Program-made: the position numbers and the translations under genes
Shown: piece by piece, positions 46,116 through 54,895 of the stretch
How the letters are laid out: each line of letters opens with the position of its first letter
Numbering within the stretch: the first letter of the stretch is position 1
Source: an uncultured Candidatus Actinomarina sp.
GTDB taxonomy: Bacteria > Actinomycetota > Acidimicrobiia > Actinomarinales > Actinomarinaceae
Assembly: GCA_902555055.1 (NCBI GenBank)
Contig: CACDQN010000002.1
Location: forward strand, 64,094 to 128,093
Length of the DNA stretch: 64,000 nucleotides
Direction of reading: 5' to 3'
The notes under the pieces: generated by a model
The model's database searches: none
The model's input: the letters and a program-made list of their open reading frames with translations, nothing else
What the model was told of the DNA's origin: nothing

Positions 46116-46904
46116 ATGCAAAAAGAAAACCTCAATATGGAGTTTGAAAGCTTTATAAATAAAGTTTTAGATGAATCAGGAAAAATTGCTCTAAATTATT
46201 TTCGCCAAATTAGAGAGCTTTCATTAAAGGGTGATGCAAGCCCCGTCACCTTAGCAGACAAAGATATTGAGGATTATATAAGATCTCAAATAATTTCAAA
46301 ATACCCGTCTCATAACATAATCGGTGAAGAGTTTGAAAATATTAAAGGTGAAGAAGATATAACTTGGTATATTGATCCAATCGATGGGACAAGAAGTTTT
46401 GTTGCTGGAAAACATGATTTTGGTACCTTAATAGCAGTTACACAAGGTGATCATTTAATAGGGGGAGTTATTGACTGTCCAGCACTTGAAGAGAGGTGGT
46501 CATCCTTTTCTACAAAGTTAACAACTGCTAATGGTTCTCTTACAAAATGTAAATCGGTAACAAAACTAGAGGATGCGGTAATGGCAACTACATCCAGTCA
46601 TGAATTTGGTATGCAAAAGTGGAGAGCATATCAATCACTTGAACATACTGTTAAGGTAACCACAACTGGGAGTGATTGTTACAATTATGGTCTACTTGCT
46701 AGTGGTTATATAGATATTGTTGCAGAGAGATTAACATCACCACACGATTATTTACCATTAATTAAAATTGTTGAAGGTGCTGGTGGTATTATGACAGATT
46801 GGGAAGGTAAAAAGCTTAATTTTGAAGATAGTAATGTTTACGTATTGGCCTCAGCCTCTGATGAGCTTCATAATTTAGCGCTAAAAAAGTTACAAGGAGC
46901 TTAA
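46116..46904 (+). CDS. Inositol monophosphatase family protein (SuhB/ImpA or HisN-type histidinol-phosphatase)
   Basis: 262 aa. IIGEEF, WYIDPIDGTRSF. Confidence 0.8.
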   Translation: MQKENLNMEFESFINKVLDESGKIALNYFRQIRELSLKGDASPVTLADKDIEDYIRSQIISKYPSHNIIGEEFENIKGEEDITWYIDPIDGTRSFVAGKHDFGTLIAVTQGDHLIGGVIDCPALEERWSSFSTKLTTANGSLTKCKSVTKLEDAVMATTSSHEFGMQKWRAYQSLEHTVKVTTTGSDCYNYGLLASGYIDIVAERLTSPHDYLPLIKIVEGAGGIMTDWEGKKLNFEDSNVYVLASASDELHNLALKKLQGA

Positions 46905-47827
46905 TGAAAATCCTAATTTGTGATCAGTTAAATGAAAAAGTTTTAGATGAACTTAAAACACTTGGGGAGTGTTTTGATATTTCATTGTCTGACAATAAAG
47001 ATGATGAAATAAATGAAAACATTGTTGATTCAGAAATAGTTGTTATAAGAAGTGGAACTGTTCTTAATAGAGAGATTTTAGAATTAGCAAAAAATATTAA
47101 AATTATCGCAAGGTGTGGAGTTGGTGTAGATAATATTGATCTCGAATTTGCTAAGACAAAAAAAATAGCTGTAACAAATGCTCCAAGTGCAAATATTATT
47201 TCAGTGGTAGAACTTACGTCCTCCCTGATTCTAAATGCAGCAAGAAAAATTCCACAGGCAGACCTGAGCTTAAAAAATGGTAAATGGGAGAGAGCATCTT
47301 TTATGGGTATTGAATTATTTGGAAAACAATTAGGAATAGTTGGATTCGGAAAAGCTGGAAAACTTTTAGCTGAAAGAATGATGAGCTTTGGAATGGAAAT
47401 CGTATTTTATGACCCCTACATAAAAGATTGGGATGGACCCGAACAAAGTACAGATTTAGATACCCTATTAAGCACCTCAGATGTTATATCAGTACATGTT
47501 ATTAAAACAGACGAAACAAAAAACTTATTATCTAAAGATAAGTTAGATTTAATGAAAAACGGATCAATAATTGTAAATACTTCCAGAGGAGGAGTGTTAG
47601 ACGAAGACTATCTTATGGAACTCCTAAGTTCAGAGCATATATATGGTGCAGGTTTGGATGTTTATGAAAACGAACCACCACCAAATACAGAACAGTTTAG
47701 AAATCTCAATATTACATCTACACCACATATAGGAGCTTCAACAAAAGAAGCACAACTTAAAGCTGGTCTTGATACTGTTGAAAATATAAAGAAAATATTA
47801 TCTGGAGATTATTCAGTAACTTTATAA
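46904..47827 (+). CDS. D-isomer-specific 2-hydroxyacid dehydrogenase (short SerA-like)
   Basis: 307 aa. NAD-binding motif GIVGFGKAGK, plus TSRGGVLDE and TPHIGAST. Confidence 0.8.
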   Translation: MKILICDQLNEKVLDELKTLGECFDISLSDNKDDEINENIVDSEIVVIRSGTVLNREILELAKNIKIIARCGVGVDNIDLEFAKTKKIAVTNAPSANIISVVELTSSLILNAARKIPQADLSLKNGKWERASFMGIELFGKQLGIVGFGKAGKLLAERMMSFGMEIVFYDPYIKDWDGPEQSTDLDTLLSTSDVISVHVIKTDETKNLLSKDKLDLMKNGSIIVNTSRGGVLDEDYLMELLSSEHIYGAGLDVYENEPPPNTEQFRNLNITSTPHIGASTKEAQLKAGLDTVENIKKILSGDYSVTL

Positions 47828-47959
47828 TTATTTAAAAAAATGGTTGTAATAAATTTAAAAAAATACAATAATTAAGTTACTAATTAGTTGTTTAGGCTGG
47901 CACCAATAACTTTTTAAAAAAACTCTTGTTTAAAAATATTATTTATTACATAATGTGAC

Positions 47960-48463
47960 ATGGAAAAAAATACATATTTAGAATCAATTAATTTTAAGTC
48001 AATTAATGTAGTCATCGCAATTTTATCAGGATTAATAACTGTTGTATTAGCTTTAGCTCCAAACACAATTTCAGGATTATTAAGACTTGAATATACCATT
48101 CAATCAACTGGTTCTTGGTTCAACTCAAGTAGAATAGTCTGGATAACTTCTTTATCAATTACACTTTTGGCACTTTGGGCAAGATACATACAAGAAATAT
48201 ATGCCCAAAAAATATTGCTAAAATTTTATAGTTTTTTCATTGGATCTTTAGCTATTAGTAACTTTTTTGGAGGAATAGAAAATACTGTTCAAAATCACCC
48301 ACTTAGTCTCGGTTTACTTGGTGTAATGATTGTTTTGAGTTCAGTTTGCTGGATGAAAAGTAGAGGCGTTGTTCCAAATACTAAAGTCTTAAATTCAGAA
48401 TCAAAATTTTCTGTTTTAAATTCTGAAGAACAAATTGATTATATAAAAGAATCCAATAGTTAA
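47960..48463 (+). CDS. Hypothetical membrane protein
   Basis: 167 aa, about 4 TM helices. No family recognised. Confidence 0.5.
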   Translation: MEKNTYLESINFKSINVVIAILSGLITVVLALAPNTISGLLRLEYTIQSTGSWFNSSRIVWITSLSITLLALWARYIQEIYAQKILLKFYSFFIGSLAISNFFGGIENTVQNHPLSLGLLGVMIVLSSVCWMKSRGVVPNTKVLNSESKFSVLNSEEQIDYIKESNS

Positions 48464-48464
48464 A

Positions 48465-49412
48465 TTAAGACGAACTATAAAGTAATTTAATTCTTTCGTA
48501 TATCGGCCAACCATTAGGAACACATCCATTAGTAGATTTTGATTGTTGCATCATTACTGGTGCAAGTGCTTTATCTGACGGACAACCACTATGTCCCCAT
48601 CCAAGGTAGTGACCTACTTCATGGTTAATTAAATAAATACGATATGTACTTAAATCAGTGCCAAAATCTTTTGCCCCTGATAGCCATCTAAACATATTAA
48701 TTACAACATTTTTTTCGTTCCTGCAAGAGTAAATTCCATTTGTCTGTAACGGATAACACAGCTCATCTACTGTTTCAGGTTTTGCAAAAACAATATTTAA
48801 ATCGGCATTCTCTGAATTAACAATTTGAAAAGACTTGGATTCTATTGTTGACCATCCTCTAGGATCATTTAATATTCCAATGACCATATTTGAAAGACAA
48901 TTCGGATCTAGATTAAGTCCTGACTCAACTTTGATTCCAATATTGTAAAAACTTTTTTTATATTCAAAAAAATTGTCAGGAAAATACCATAACCTATCAT
49001 CATTTAAAGGATTTTCTACAAGACAACCCTGAGTCATATCTACATTAGGTACTGATTTACTATTTATGATTTCTTCATTTGTTTTATAGATTGAAAATGA
49101 AGTAACCTTTATTTCCGCCCCATCACTTTCAGGTAATATACTTTTATCTTCTTCAATTTTCTGATCGGCTTCTTTTTCTTCATATTCTGAACTGACTTTA
49201 ATGTTTGGTTCATTTATAGTTTCTATTTTTTGAATTTTAGAACTTGATTCATTATCCTGGCTATCTTTTTGCATAGATACTTGGTCTTCAACTAAAACAT
49301 TTTGAGGAATTAATTGAACATATTGAAATTGAAAATTTGAAGTCCCTAAAAATATTATTCCAAAAGAAACAAGTAAAGTAGAAAATAAAGATACTACTGG
49401 ATTGATTTTCAT
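48465..49412 (-). CDS. Secreted/anchored DUF3152-like putative zinc metallopeptidase
   Basis: 315 aa with an N-terminal TM/signal segment. HEVGHYLGWGH near the C-terminus. Confidence 0.6.
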   Translation of the reverse strand: MKINPVVSLFSTLLVSFGIIFLGTSNFQFQYVQLIPQNVLVEDQVSMQKDSQDNESSSKIQKIETINEPNIKVSSEYEEKEADQKIEEDKSILPESDGAEIKVTSFSIYKTNEEIINSKSVPNVDMTQGCLVENPLNDDRLWYFPDNFFEYKKSFYNIGIKVESGLNLDPNCLSNMVIGILNDPRGWSTIESKSFQIVNSENADLNIVFAKPETVDELCYPLQTNGIYSCRNEKNVVINMFRWLSGAKDFGTDLSTYRIYLINHEVGHYLGWGHSGCPSDKALAPVMMQQSKSTNGCVPNGWPIYERIKLLYSSS

Positions 49413-49436
49413 ATATTAAATACTAGGGAAAGTCAA

Positions 49437-50009
49437 TTATTGGTCAAGATTTTTTTTATAACCCTTTTCGTCTATAAAATCTTCAGGCTTCAGTCCAAGT
49501 CCATCAGCAACTCTATTTATGTAATTAAAGTATGAAATTACTTGAACTGCTTCAGAAATTTCTCTGTCATCAAGTCCTACCTTTTTTAATTTATCTATAT
49601 CTGAACTATTAATATTTCCAGGTTTTTGTGTAAGTTTTTCAGCAAAAATACATAATTCTTTTTGCTTGGAGCTGAGATCACTTTCTTTCCAATTATTAGA
49701 AATTTGATCAACTAATTTTTGGTCTTTTGTCTCCGACCGGAGATCATATAGATGAGCTCGTATTCAGTATTCACATTCATTCGATATTGATGTTACAACT
49801 GCAAGAAGTTCTCTATCAAAACGTGAAATTTTTAAGTTTCCAAACATTGTTGAGTTATATAGTCGCATTGAATCTCTCAGAATTTCAGGTGTTTGGGATT
49901 GAATTGTAAGTATATTCCAAATTCTTCCAGCTCTTCTCATACCTTTTTCATACTCTTTTTTTAGAAGACCAGTAGATTTCTCAAATTTGAATAATTTAAT
50001 AAATGCCAT
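49437..50009 (-). CDS. AhpD-like / carboxymuconolactone decarboxylase-family peroxidase-related protein, candidate selenoprotein (TGA at codon 82 read as Sec)
   Basis: The ORF-track part 49764-50009 ends ...LLAVVTSISNECEY. The same frame continues after TGA (complement of 49764-49766) as IRAHLYDLRS...ELCIFAEKLTQKP...VISYFNYINRVADGLGLKPEDF... to TAA (complement of 49437-49439). The motif NECEY-U-IRAH matches the family motif N-x-C-x-Y-C-x-x-x-H. Confidence 0.65.
49728..49766 (-). other. Candidate bacterial SECIS: UGA followed 25 nt later by the hairpin UCUCC-GGUC-GGAGA
   Basis: The complement of 49730-49743 forms a 5-bp G/C-rich stem, with a possible sixth pair if one base is bulged, and a GGUC tetraloop. 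The stretch is strikingly GC-rich against an AT-rich background. The spacing falls in the 16-37 nt range used for bacterial SECIS prediction. Confidence 0.5.
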
Positions 50010-50039
50010 ATAAATTATCTTTACTTAGAATTAGAGAAT

Positions 50040-50483
50040 ATGCAACTGCCAAATGAACTTAAACAAACAATCGACAATAATGCCTTCTGCGCGATAGCAA
50101 CAAAAGTTAATGAAAAAGAGCTTCAGAACCATTTGATGTGGATCGATTATGCAGATAATAAGATACTAATTAATACAGAGCAAGGAAGAAAAAAAACTGA
50201 AAATATAAGATTAGATCCTTATTTGACTGTTGTTATCTTTCACCCAAGTGAAATGTATCAAAGTTGGGAAATTAGAGGGACTGTAGAGAATATTATCCAG
50301 GATCAAAGCGCAAATGATCATATTGACTTTCTCTCAAATCGTTATTTAGGAAAGCCCTATAAAAGACCAAAGGAAGTTTCTTGGGAGCAAGCCAATATTA
50401 AATCAAGAGAAATATGGGAAGTGACCGTAGATAAAATTATTTCTATGGTTAGCAGACCTCAGGAAAAGTCAACTTCAGAATAA
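50040..50483 (+). CDS. Pyridoxamine 5'-phosphate oxidase-like (PPOX-class, possibly F420-dependent) protein
   Basis: 147 aa. Size and pattern fit a split beta-barrel flavin/deazaflavin-binding family. cofD and cofE are present in the window. Confidence 0.55.
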   Translation: MQLPNELKQTIDNNAFCAIATKVNEKELQNHLMWIDYADNKILINTEQGRKKTENIRLDPYLTVVIFHPSEMYQSWEIRGTVENIIQDQSANDHIDFLSNRYLGKPYKRPKEVSWEQANIKSREIWEVTVDKIISMVSRPQEKSTSE

Positions 50484-51103
50484 AACTTCAAAAATGGATT
50501 ACTTTCAAAAATGTTTTGATTGTCACCTAAATAATCTTTGATTAAGTTTTCTGAATTCAATGAAATATCCCCACCTCTCGAATCAGCATGTCCTGATTTT
50601 CTAAATAATTCTTGAGGAATTTTTTTCATAAATCTTTTAAAATTTTCTTCAGATATTCTTAAGAACTTAGCAAGAGAAAGCTCTACTTTTACTGATTGGG
50701 GGAGAACGTTGCAACTGTATACATATAAAGAGGCAAACATTGCCCAGTCAAGACTCGAAGGTCTTCTTCCTTTTTCAAAAACTGTAAAATCATAATCAGG
50801 AAAATAAGAATATGGCGAATATGCTAATCCAGCTTTATCTGATAAAACTTTATAAATATATCTATCTAATAACTTAATATCCATGTTTGGAATACTATTT
50901 TCAATACTTTGCTTACTAATTTGAAATTCACTCTCTGCAGGGAAGATATTTATCTTATTAATTGCTATTTTTCCATAATAATTTTCTATTTCTACTTCAA
51001 GTTGAGTGGTTTTAGGTATGAAGATTAAACCTTCATTGTCATTTGAATCAATTACAACTTGTAATTTTTCATTAAGTTCAAAGTTATTGTTATTTATTTT
51101 CAT
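50459..51103 (-). CDS. Hypothetical protein
   Basis: 214 aa with no TM helix, signal peptide or recognisable motif. The 3' end overlaps the PPOX gene by 25 nt. Confidence 0.5.
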   Translation of the reverse strand: MKINNNNFELNEKLQVVIDSNDNEGLIFIPKTTQLEVEIENYYGKIAINKINIFPAESEFQISKQSIENSIPNMDIKLLDRYIYKVLSDKAGLAYSPYSYFPDYDFTVFEKGRRPSSLDWAMFASLYVYSCNVLPQSVKVELSLAKFLRISEENFKRFMKKIPQELFRKSGHADSRGGDISLNSENLIKDYLGDNQNIFESNPFLKFYSEVDFS

Positions 51104-51155
51104 ATTTAAAATATAGTAATTCTCAAGTATAATTTTAGAACTAATAAAACTGTAT

Positions 51156-51493
51156 GGGGGTGAACTGGCTTCGACTTTGAAGCGAGTCTCTCAGTAGCGA
51201 GTCGAGGGTCCTAGGGCCTCGTTAAAAACGTAGGAAAACAATATAACTGCCAAACCTAAGTTGGCTTTAGCAGCCTAACCGCTGCTCGTCACCTATCGGG
51301 GCTCCCACCTCGGATAGTACTGGCGTCGAAATGTGGGATGCTGAGTTGGGTTACCGACTAACTCTTAAGATTTAGGTAAACCTGTTAGGTTATAGGTTCC
51401 GATGACTTGCCTAACTGTAAAACATCGGATGCGCTCGGAGAAGCTGTTTGATAGCTTGGAAGGACCGGGGTTCGACTCCCCGCACCTCCACCA
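51156..51493 (+). ncRNA. ssrA: tmRNA (SsrA)
   Basis: The 5' GGGGGUG pairs with the 3' CACCUCC, including a G3:U pair, followed by ACCA. T-arm CGGGG-UUCGACU-CCCCG. The tag frame 51234-51278 reads GAA AAC AAT ATA ACT GCC AAA CCT AAG TTG GCT TTA GCA GCC TAA, giving (A)ENNITAKPKLALAA*. The resume codon is uncertain. Confidence 0.95.
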
Positions 51494-52672
51494 ATGAAAA
51501 AAATATATGACGTCGCTATTATCGGTGCTGGCATTGTTGGTATGTCTACTGCTCTTAAGCTTCAAGAAAAAGGAAAAAATGTTCTTGTGCTTGAAAAAGA
51601 AAAATCTCCTGCAATTCACCAATCCGGCAGAAACTCAGGAGTAATTCACTCAGGAATTTATTACAAACCACAATCTTTTAAATCAGATCTCTGTATTAGG
51701 GGAAGAGAATTATTGATTGACTTCATGAATGCAGAAAATATTCCATACAGAATTGAAGGTAAAATAGTGGTTGATAATGATATAGAAAAAATTGCTGAAT
51801 TAAATAAAAGAGCTGAAGACTTAAACATGTCAGGTGTGAAAGCTCTTGAAAGAAATGAAATATTAGATTTGGAGCCAAATTGTAAATTTAAATCAGCTTT
51901 GTATGTGCCACAAGCTGGAGTAGTAGATTATAAAGTAGTTACTGAAGCAATTTCTAAAAAGTTTGTAGCTCTTGGAGGTACAGTTGAATATTTTCAGAAA
52001 ATTAAAAATATAAATTCACAAAATGATTTGAAAGTCCTTACAAGCGATAAAGATTCTTTTTCATCTGAATATCTTATTAATTGCGCTGGCCTTTTCTCTG
52101 ATACTGTTGCAATCTTAGATAACATTGAACCTAATTTAAGAATTATTCCCTTTAGGGGAGAATATTTTGTTTTTAATGAAGAAAAGTCTCATCTAGTAAA
52201 TAATATGATTTACCCAATTAGTGATCCAAATCTTCCATTCCTAGGTATACATCTTACTAAAACTATTGATGGGAAGATTGAAGCTGGGCCAAATGCTGTA
52301 TTAGCTTTTGCTAAAGAGGGGTATAAGTGGAGTAATATCAATATCTCTGAATTTAGTAAAACAATCTTATATAAAGGAATGTGGAAATTAGGTAAGCAAT
52401 ACTTTGGTACGGGAATTTCAGAAATGTATAGGTCCTTAAATAGAAAAGTATTTTTGAAAGAAATATTAACTTACATCCCTGATGTTGAGCTCAGTGATTT
52501 ACAACCTAGAGTAGCCGGTGTTAGAGCACAAGCAGTAAGTTCTAGTGGCGACTTAATTGACGATTTTGTATTTGAAGAATCTAATAATTCACTGCATGTC
52601 CTAAATGCACCTAGCCCTGCAGCAACTGCATCTTTAGCTATTGGTGAGTTTATCGCAAAAAAAGTTAATTAA
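51494..52672 (+). CDS. lhgO: FAD-dependent L-2-hydroxyglutarate oxidase/dehydrogenase (LhgO-like)
   Basis: 392 aa. DVAIIGAGIVG, HQSGRNSGVIHSGIYY. Confidence 0.8.
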   Translation: MKKIYDVAIIGAGIVGMSTALKLQEKGKNVLVLEKEKSPAIHQSGRNSGVIHSGIYYKPQSFKSDLCIRGRELLIDFMNAENIPYRIEGKIVVDNDIEKIAELNKRAEDLNMSGVKALERNEILDLEPNCKFKSALYVPQAGVVDYKVVTEAISKKFVALGGTVEYFQKIKNINSQNDLKVLTSDKDSFSSEYLINCAGLFSDTVAILDNIEPNLRIIPFRGEYFVFNEEKSHLVNNMIYPISDPNLPFLGIHLTKTIDGKIEAGPNAVLAFAKEGYKWSNINISEFSKTILYKGMWKLGKQYFGTGISEMYRSLNRKVFLKEILTYIPDVELSDLQPRVAGVRAQAVSSSGDLIDDFVFEESNNSLHVLNAPSPAATASLAIGEFIAKKVN

Positions 52673-54428
52673 TTTTTTCACCGGTTTGTACCGACCACAG
52701 TTTAGAGTAAATACCTTCAATATCTAAAAGGCTTTCATGATTTCCAGATTCAACAACCCTTCCATCTTCTAAAACATAAATAATTTCTGCATTTCTAATA
52801 GTGGATAAACGGTGAGCTATTGCAATAACTGTTCTCCCTTTTTTAAGTGTATTTATTGATCTTTGAATTGCTGCTTCAGTTTCATTATCTACTGCTGATG
52901 TTGCTTCATCTAGAATTAGGATTTCTGGATTTTTTAAAATAGCTCTAGCTATTGATATTCTCTGTCTCTGCCCTCCAGAAAGTTTTTGACCTCTTTCTCC
53001 TACAATCGTATTTTCCTTATTTGGTAATAAATTGATAAATTTATCAGATTCAGACAGTCTTGCCGCTTCCCACACCTCTTCATTAGTCGCATCAAGATTT
53101 CCATAAGCAATATTTTCAAAAACAGTACCTTCGAACAAGAAAATATCTTGGCTCACCAAACCAATCTTGTTTCTCAAACTTTCAATTTCTAAATCTTTAA
53201 TATTAGTTTCATCAAACTTTATTTCTCCCGAGGTTGAATCATATAATCTAAGAATTAATTTTATTAATGTAGATTTTCCAGAACCCGTACTACCAACGAT
53301 TGCAGAAGTCTCACCTTTTTTAATATCTATAGAAATATTATTTAATACTGGGAAATTTTTAACATACTCAAAATTTAGATCTGAAATCTTAATTTTTTCA
53401 TTGAAATTATCTAGTTTTGTACTTCCGTTGCTTATTGTTGGCTGAGTATTTTTTAAATTTACAATTCGTCTGAATGATGCCATTGCTTTTTGGTAAGCAT
53501 CAAATATGACACCTAGTTCAGTTAATGGCCAAAGTAACCTTTGCGTTATAAATAACATTACAGAATAAGTAGCAACTTTAATTTCACCATCTAAAGCAAG
53601 AAACCCTCCTATCAATAGTGTTGCAGTAAATCCAAATAAAATTGCTATTCGAATAATTGGAATAAATGCTGCCGAAAGTCGTATTGCATGATAGTTCGCA
53701 CTTTTAACTTCTTGCGACGATACTGTTATCCTTTCACTTTCTTTTCTTTCTCTATTAAAACTTTTTACTGTGAGTATTCCTGTTATGGAGTTTGAAAGAT
53801 TTGCATTTAAGTTTTCAATATCATTTCTAATTTTGGTATATCGCTCCGCAATTCTGCTTGTAAATCTAAGTGATCCGAAAATAATTATTGGAATAGGGAT
53901 AAATGCAAAAACTGCGACTAATGGAGAAATATATAGAAATGTACCACCAATGACCAAAACAGTAGTTGCAGTTTGTACAAGTCTGTTTGCACCATTATCT
54001 AAAAATGTTTCTAACTGATTGACGTCATCATTTAAGATTGCCATTAGTCTTCCAGATGATTTATTTTCAAAAAAAGCTAAATCTAGACCAAGAACATTGT
54101 TAAAAGTGTCAGTTCTTAAAGAGTGTTCAATGTCTTGTGAAATATTTCTCCAAGTAACTGCTGCAATGTAGTCGAATGCCGATTCAAGACCCCAAATAAT
54201 AAAGGTTAGAACTGCGAGGATTATTAACTGTTGACGCCTATCGGTATATCCAAGATTACCAATAAAGGAATCCGAGCCCTCTACAACTATATCAATAGCA
54301 ACACCAATTAAAATTGGAGGAGCAAGATCAAATATCTTATTAAGTATTGAGTAAATTATTCCTCTCCGCACCTTGGTGCCTTGATCAAGTGCGTAGTTGA
54401 ATAAATCCTTTAAATTATTTTCTCTCAT
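52665..54428 (-). CDS. ABC exporter, fused permease/ATPase (MsbA/multidrug type)
   Basis: 587 aa. Six-TM domain, then GSTGSGKST, LSGGQRQR, ILILDEATSAVD. Confidence 0.85.
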   Translation of the reverse strand: MRENNLKDLFNYALDQGTKVRRGIIYSILNKIFDLAPPILIGVAIDIVVEGSDSFIGNLGYTDRRQQLIILAVLTFIIWGLESAFDYIAAVTWRNISQDIEHSLRTDTFNNVLGLDLAFFENKSSGRLMAILNDDVNQLETFLDNGANRLVQTATTVLVIGGTFLYISPLVAVFAFIPIPIIIFGSLRFTSRIAERYTKIRNDIENLNANLSNSITGILTVKSFNRERKESERITVSSQEVKSANYHAIRLSAAFIPIIRIAILFGFTATLLIGGFLALDGEIKVATYSVMLFITQRLLWPLTELGVIFDAYQKAMASFRRIVNLKNTQPTISNGSTKLDNFNEKIKISDLNFEYVKNFPVLNNISIDIKKGETSAIVGSTGSGKSTLIKLILRLYDSTSGEIKFDETNIKDLEIESLRNKIGLVSQDIFLFEGTVFENIAYGNLDATNEEVWEAARLSESDKFINLLPNKENTIVGERGQKLSGGQRQRISIARAILKNPEILILDEATSAVDNETEAAIQRSINTLKKGRTVIAIAHRLSTIRNAEIIYVLEDGRVVESGNHESLLDIEGIYSKLWSVQTGEKIN

Positions 54429-54438
54429 AAATTTTTAT

Positions 54439-54843
54439 TTATTTGCTTATTTTATTTATTCCGTCTCTTATTTCTTTTAGTAGCTGAACTTCTTTTGACT
54501 CTGCTGCTACTACCGTTTCATCATCGTCATCCGAAACAACTTCTTCAAAGTGGTTGTATGCTTTAATTACTAAAAACATTACAAATGCGATAATGGTGTA
54601 GTTGATGACTTCCCCTAGAAAGGCACCAAATGATCCTGCACTCACTCCTGATGATGGGTCAATGTCACCAAATAAACCAAGAGTTTCTAAGTTTGGTACA
54701 TTAATTAACAAACCGATAACTGGTTCAATTAGTCTTTTTGTAAAAACATCAACAAGAGATTTGAAAGAAGCACCCATTACAAATGCAACACCAAGTTCAA
54801 CAACATTTCCTCTATTGATGAAGTCTCTAAATTCTTTTATCAA
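54439..54843 (-). CDS. mscL: Large-conductance mechanosensitive channel
   Basis: 134 aa. MIKEFRDFINRGNVVELGVAFVMGASF is a typical MscL N-terminus. Confidence 0.9.
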   Translation of the reverse strand: MIKEFRDFINRGNVVELGVAFVMGASFKSLVDVFTKRLIEPVIGLLINVPNLETLGLFGDIDPSSGVSAGSFGAFLGEVINYTIIAFVMFLVIKAYNHFEEVVSDDDDETVVAAESKEVQLLKEIRDGINKISK

Positions 54844-54895
54844 TTTTCCTCCAATTGTTTTTATAAATAATAGAATACATGTAATCTAATTACCT

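Noticed and set aside
49437-49766. Reading the AhpD-like gene as a simple nonsense-mutated pseudogene or as two separate genes.
   Set aside because: The downstream 108 codons stay open in a very stop-rich base composition and have no in-frame start codon. They match the C-terminal half of the family. The TGA falls exactly on the redox Cys position, and a SECIS-like hairpin follows. A pseudogene is not fully excluded without the Sec machinery genes, but it is the less economical reading.
51365-51622. 85-aa minus-strand ORF over the 3' part of the tmRNA and the start of lhgO.
   Set aside because: It is antisense to a clearly identifiable tmRNA and to a conserved FAD-binding N-terminus, so it is a shadow ORF.
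51104-52700. Genomic island integrated at the tmRNA 3' end.
   Set aside because: There is no integrase and no direct repeat of the ssrA 3' end. The downstream gene starts immediately and is an ordinary metabolic flavoenzyme.
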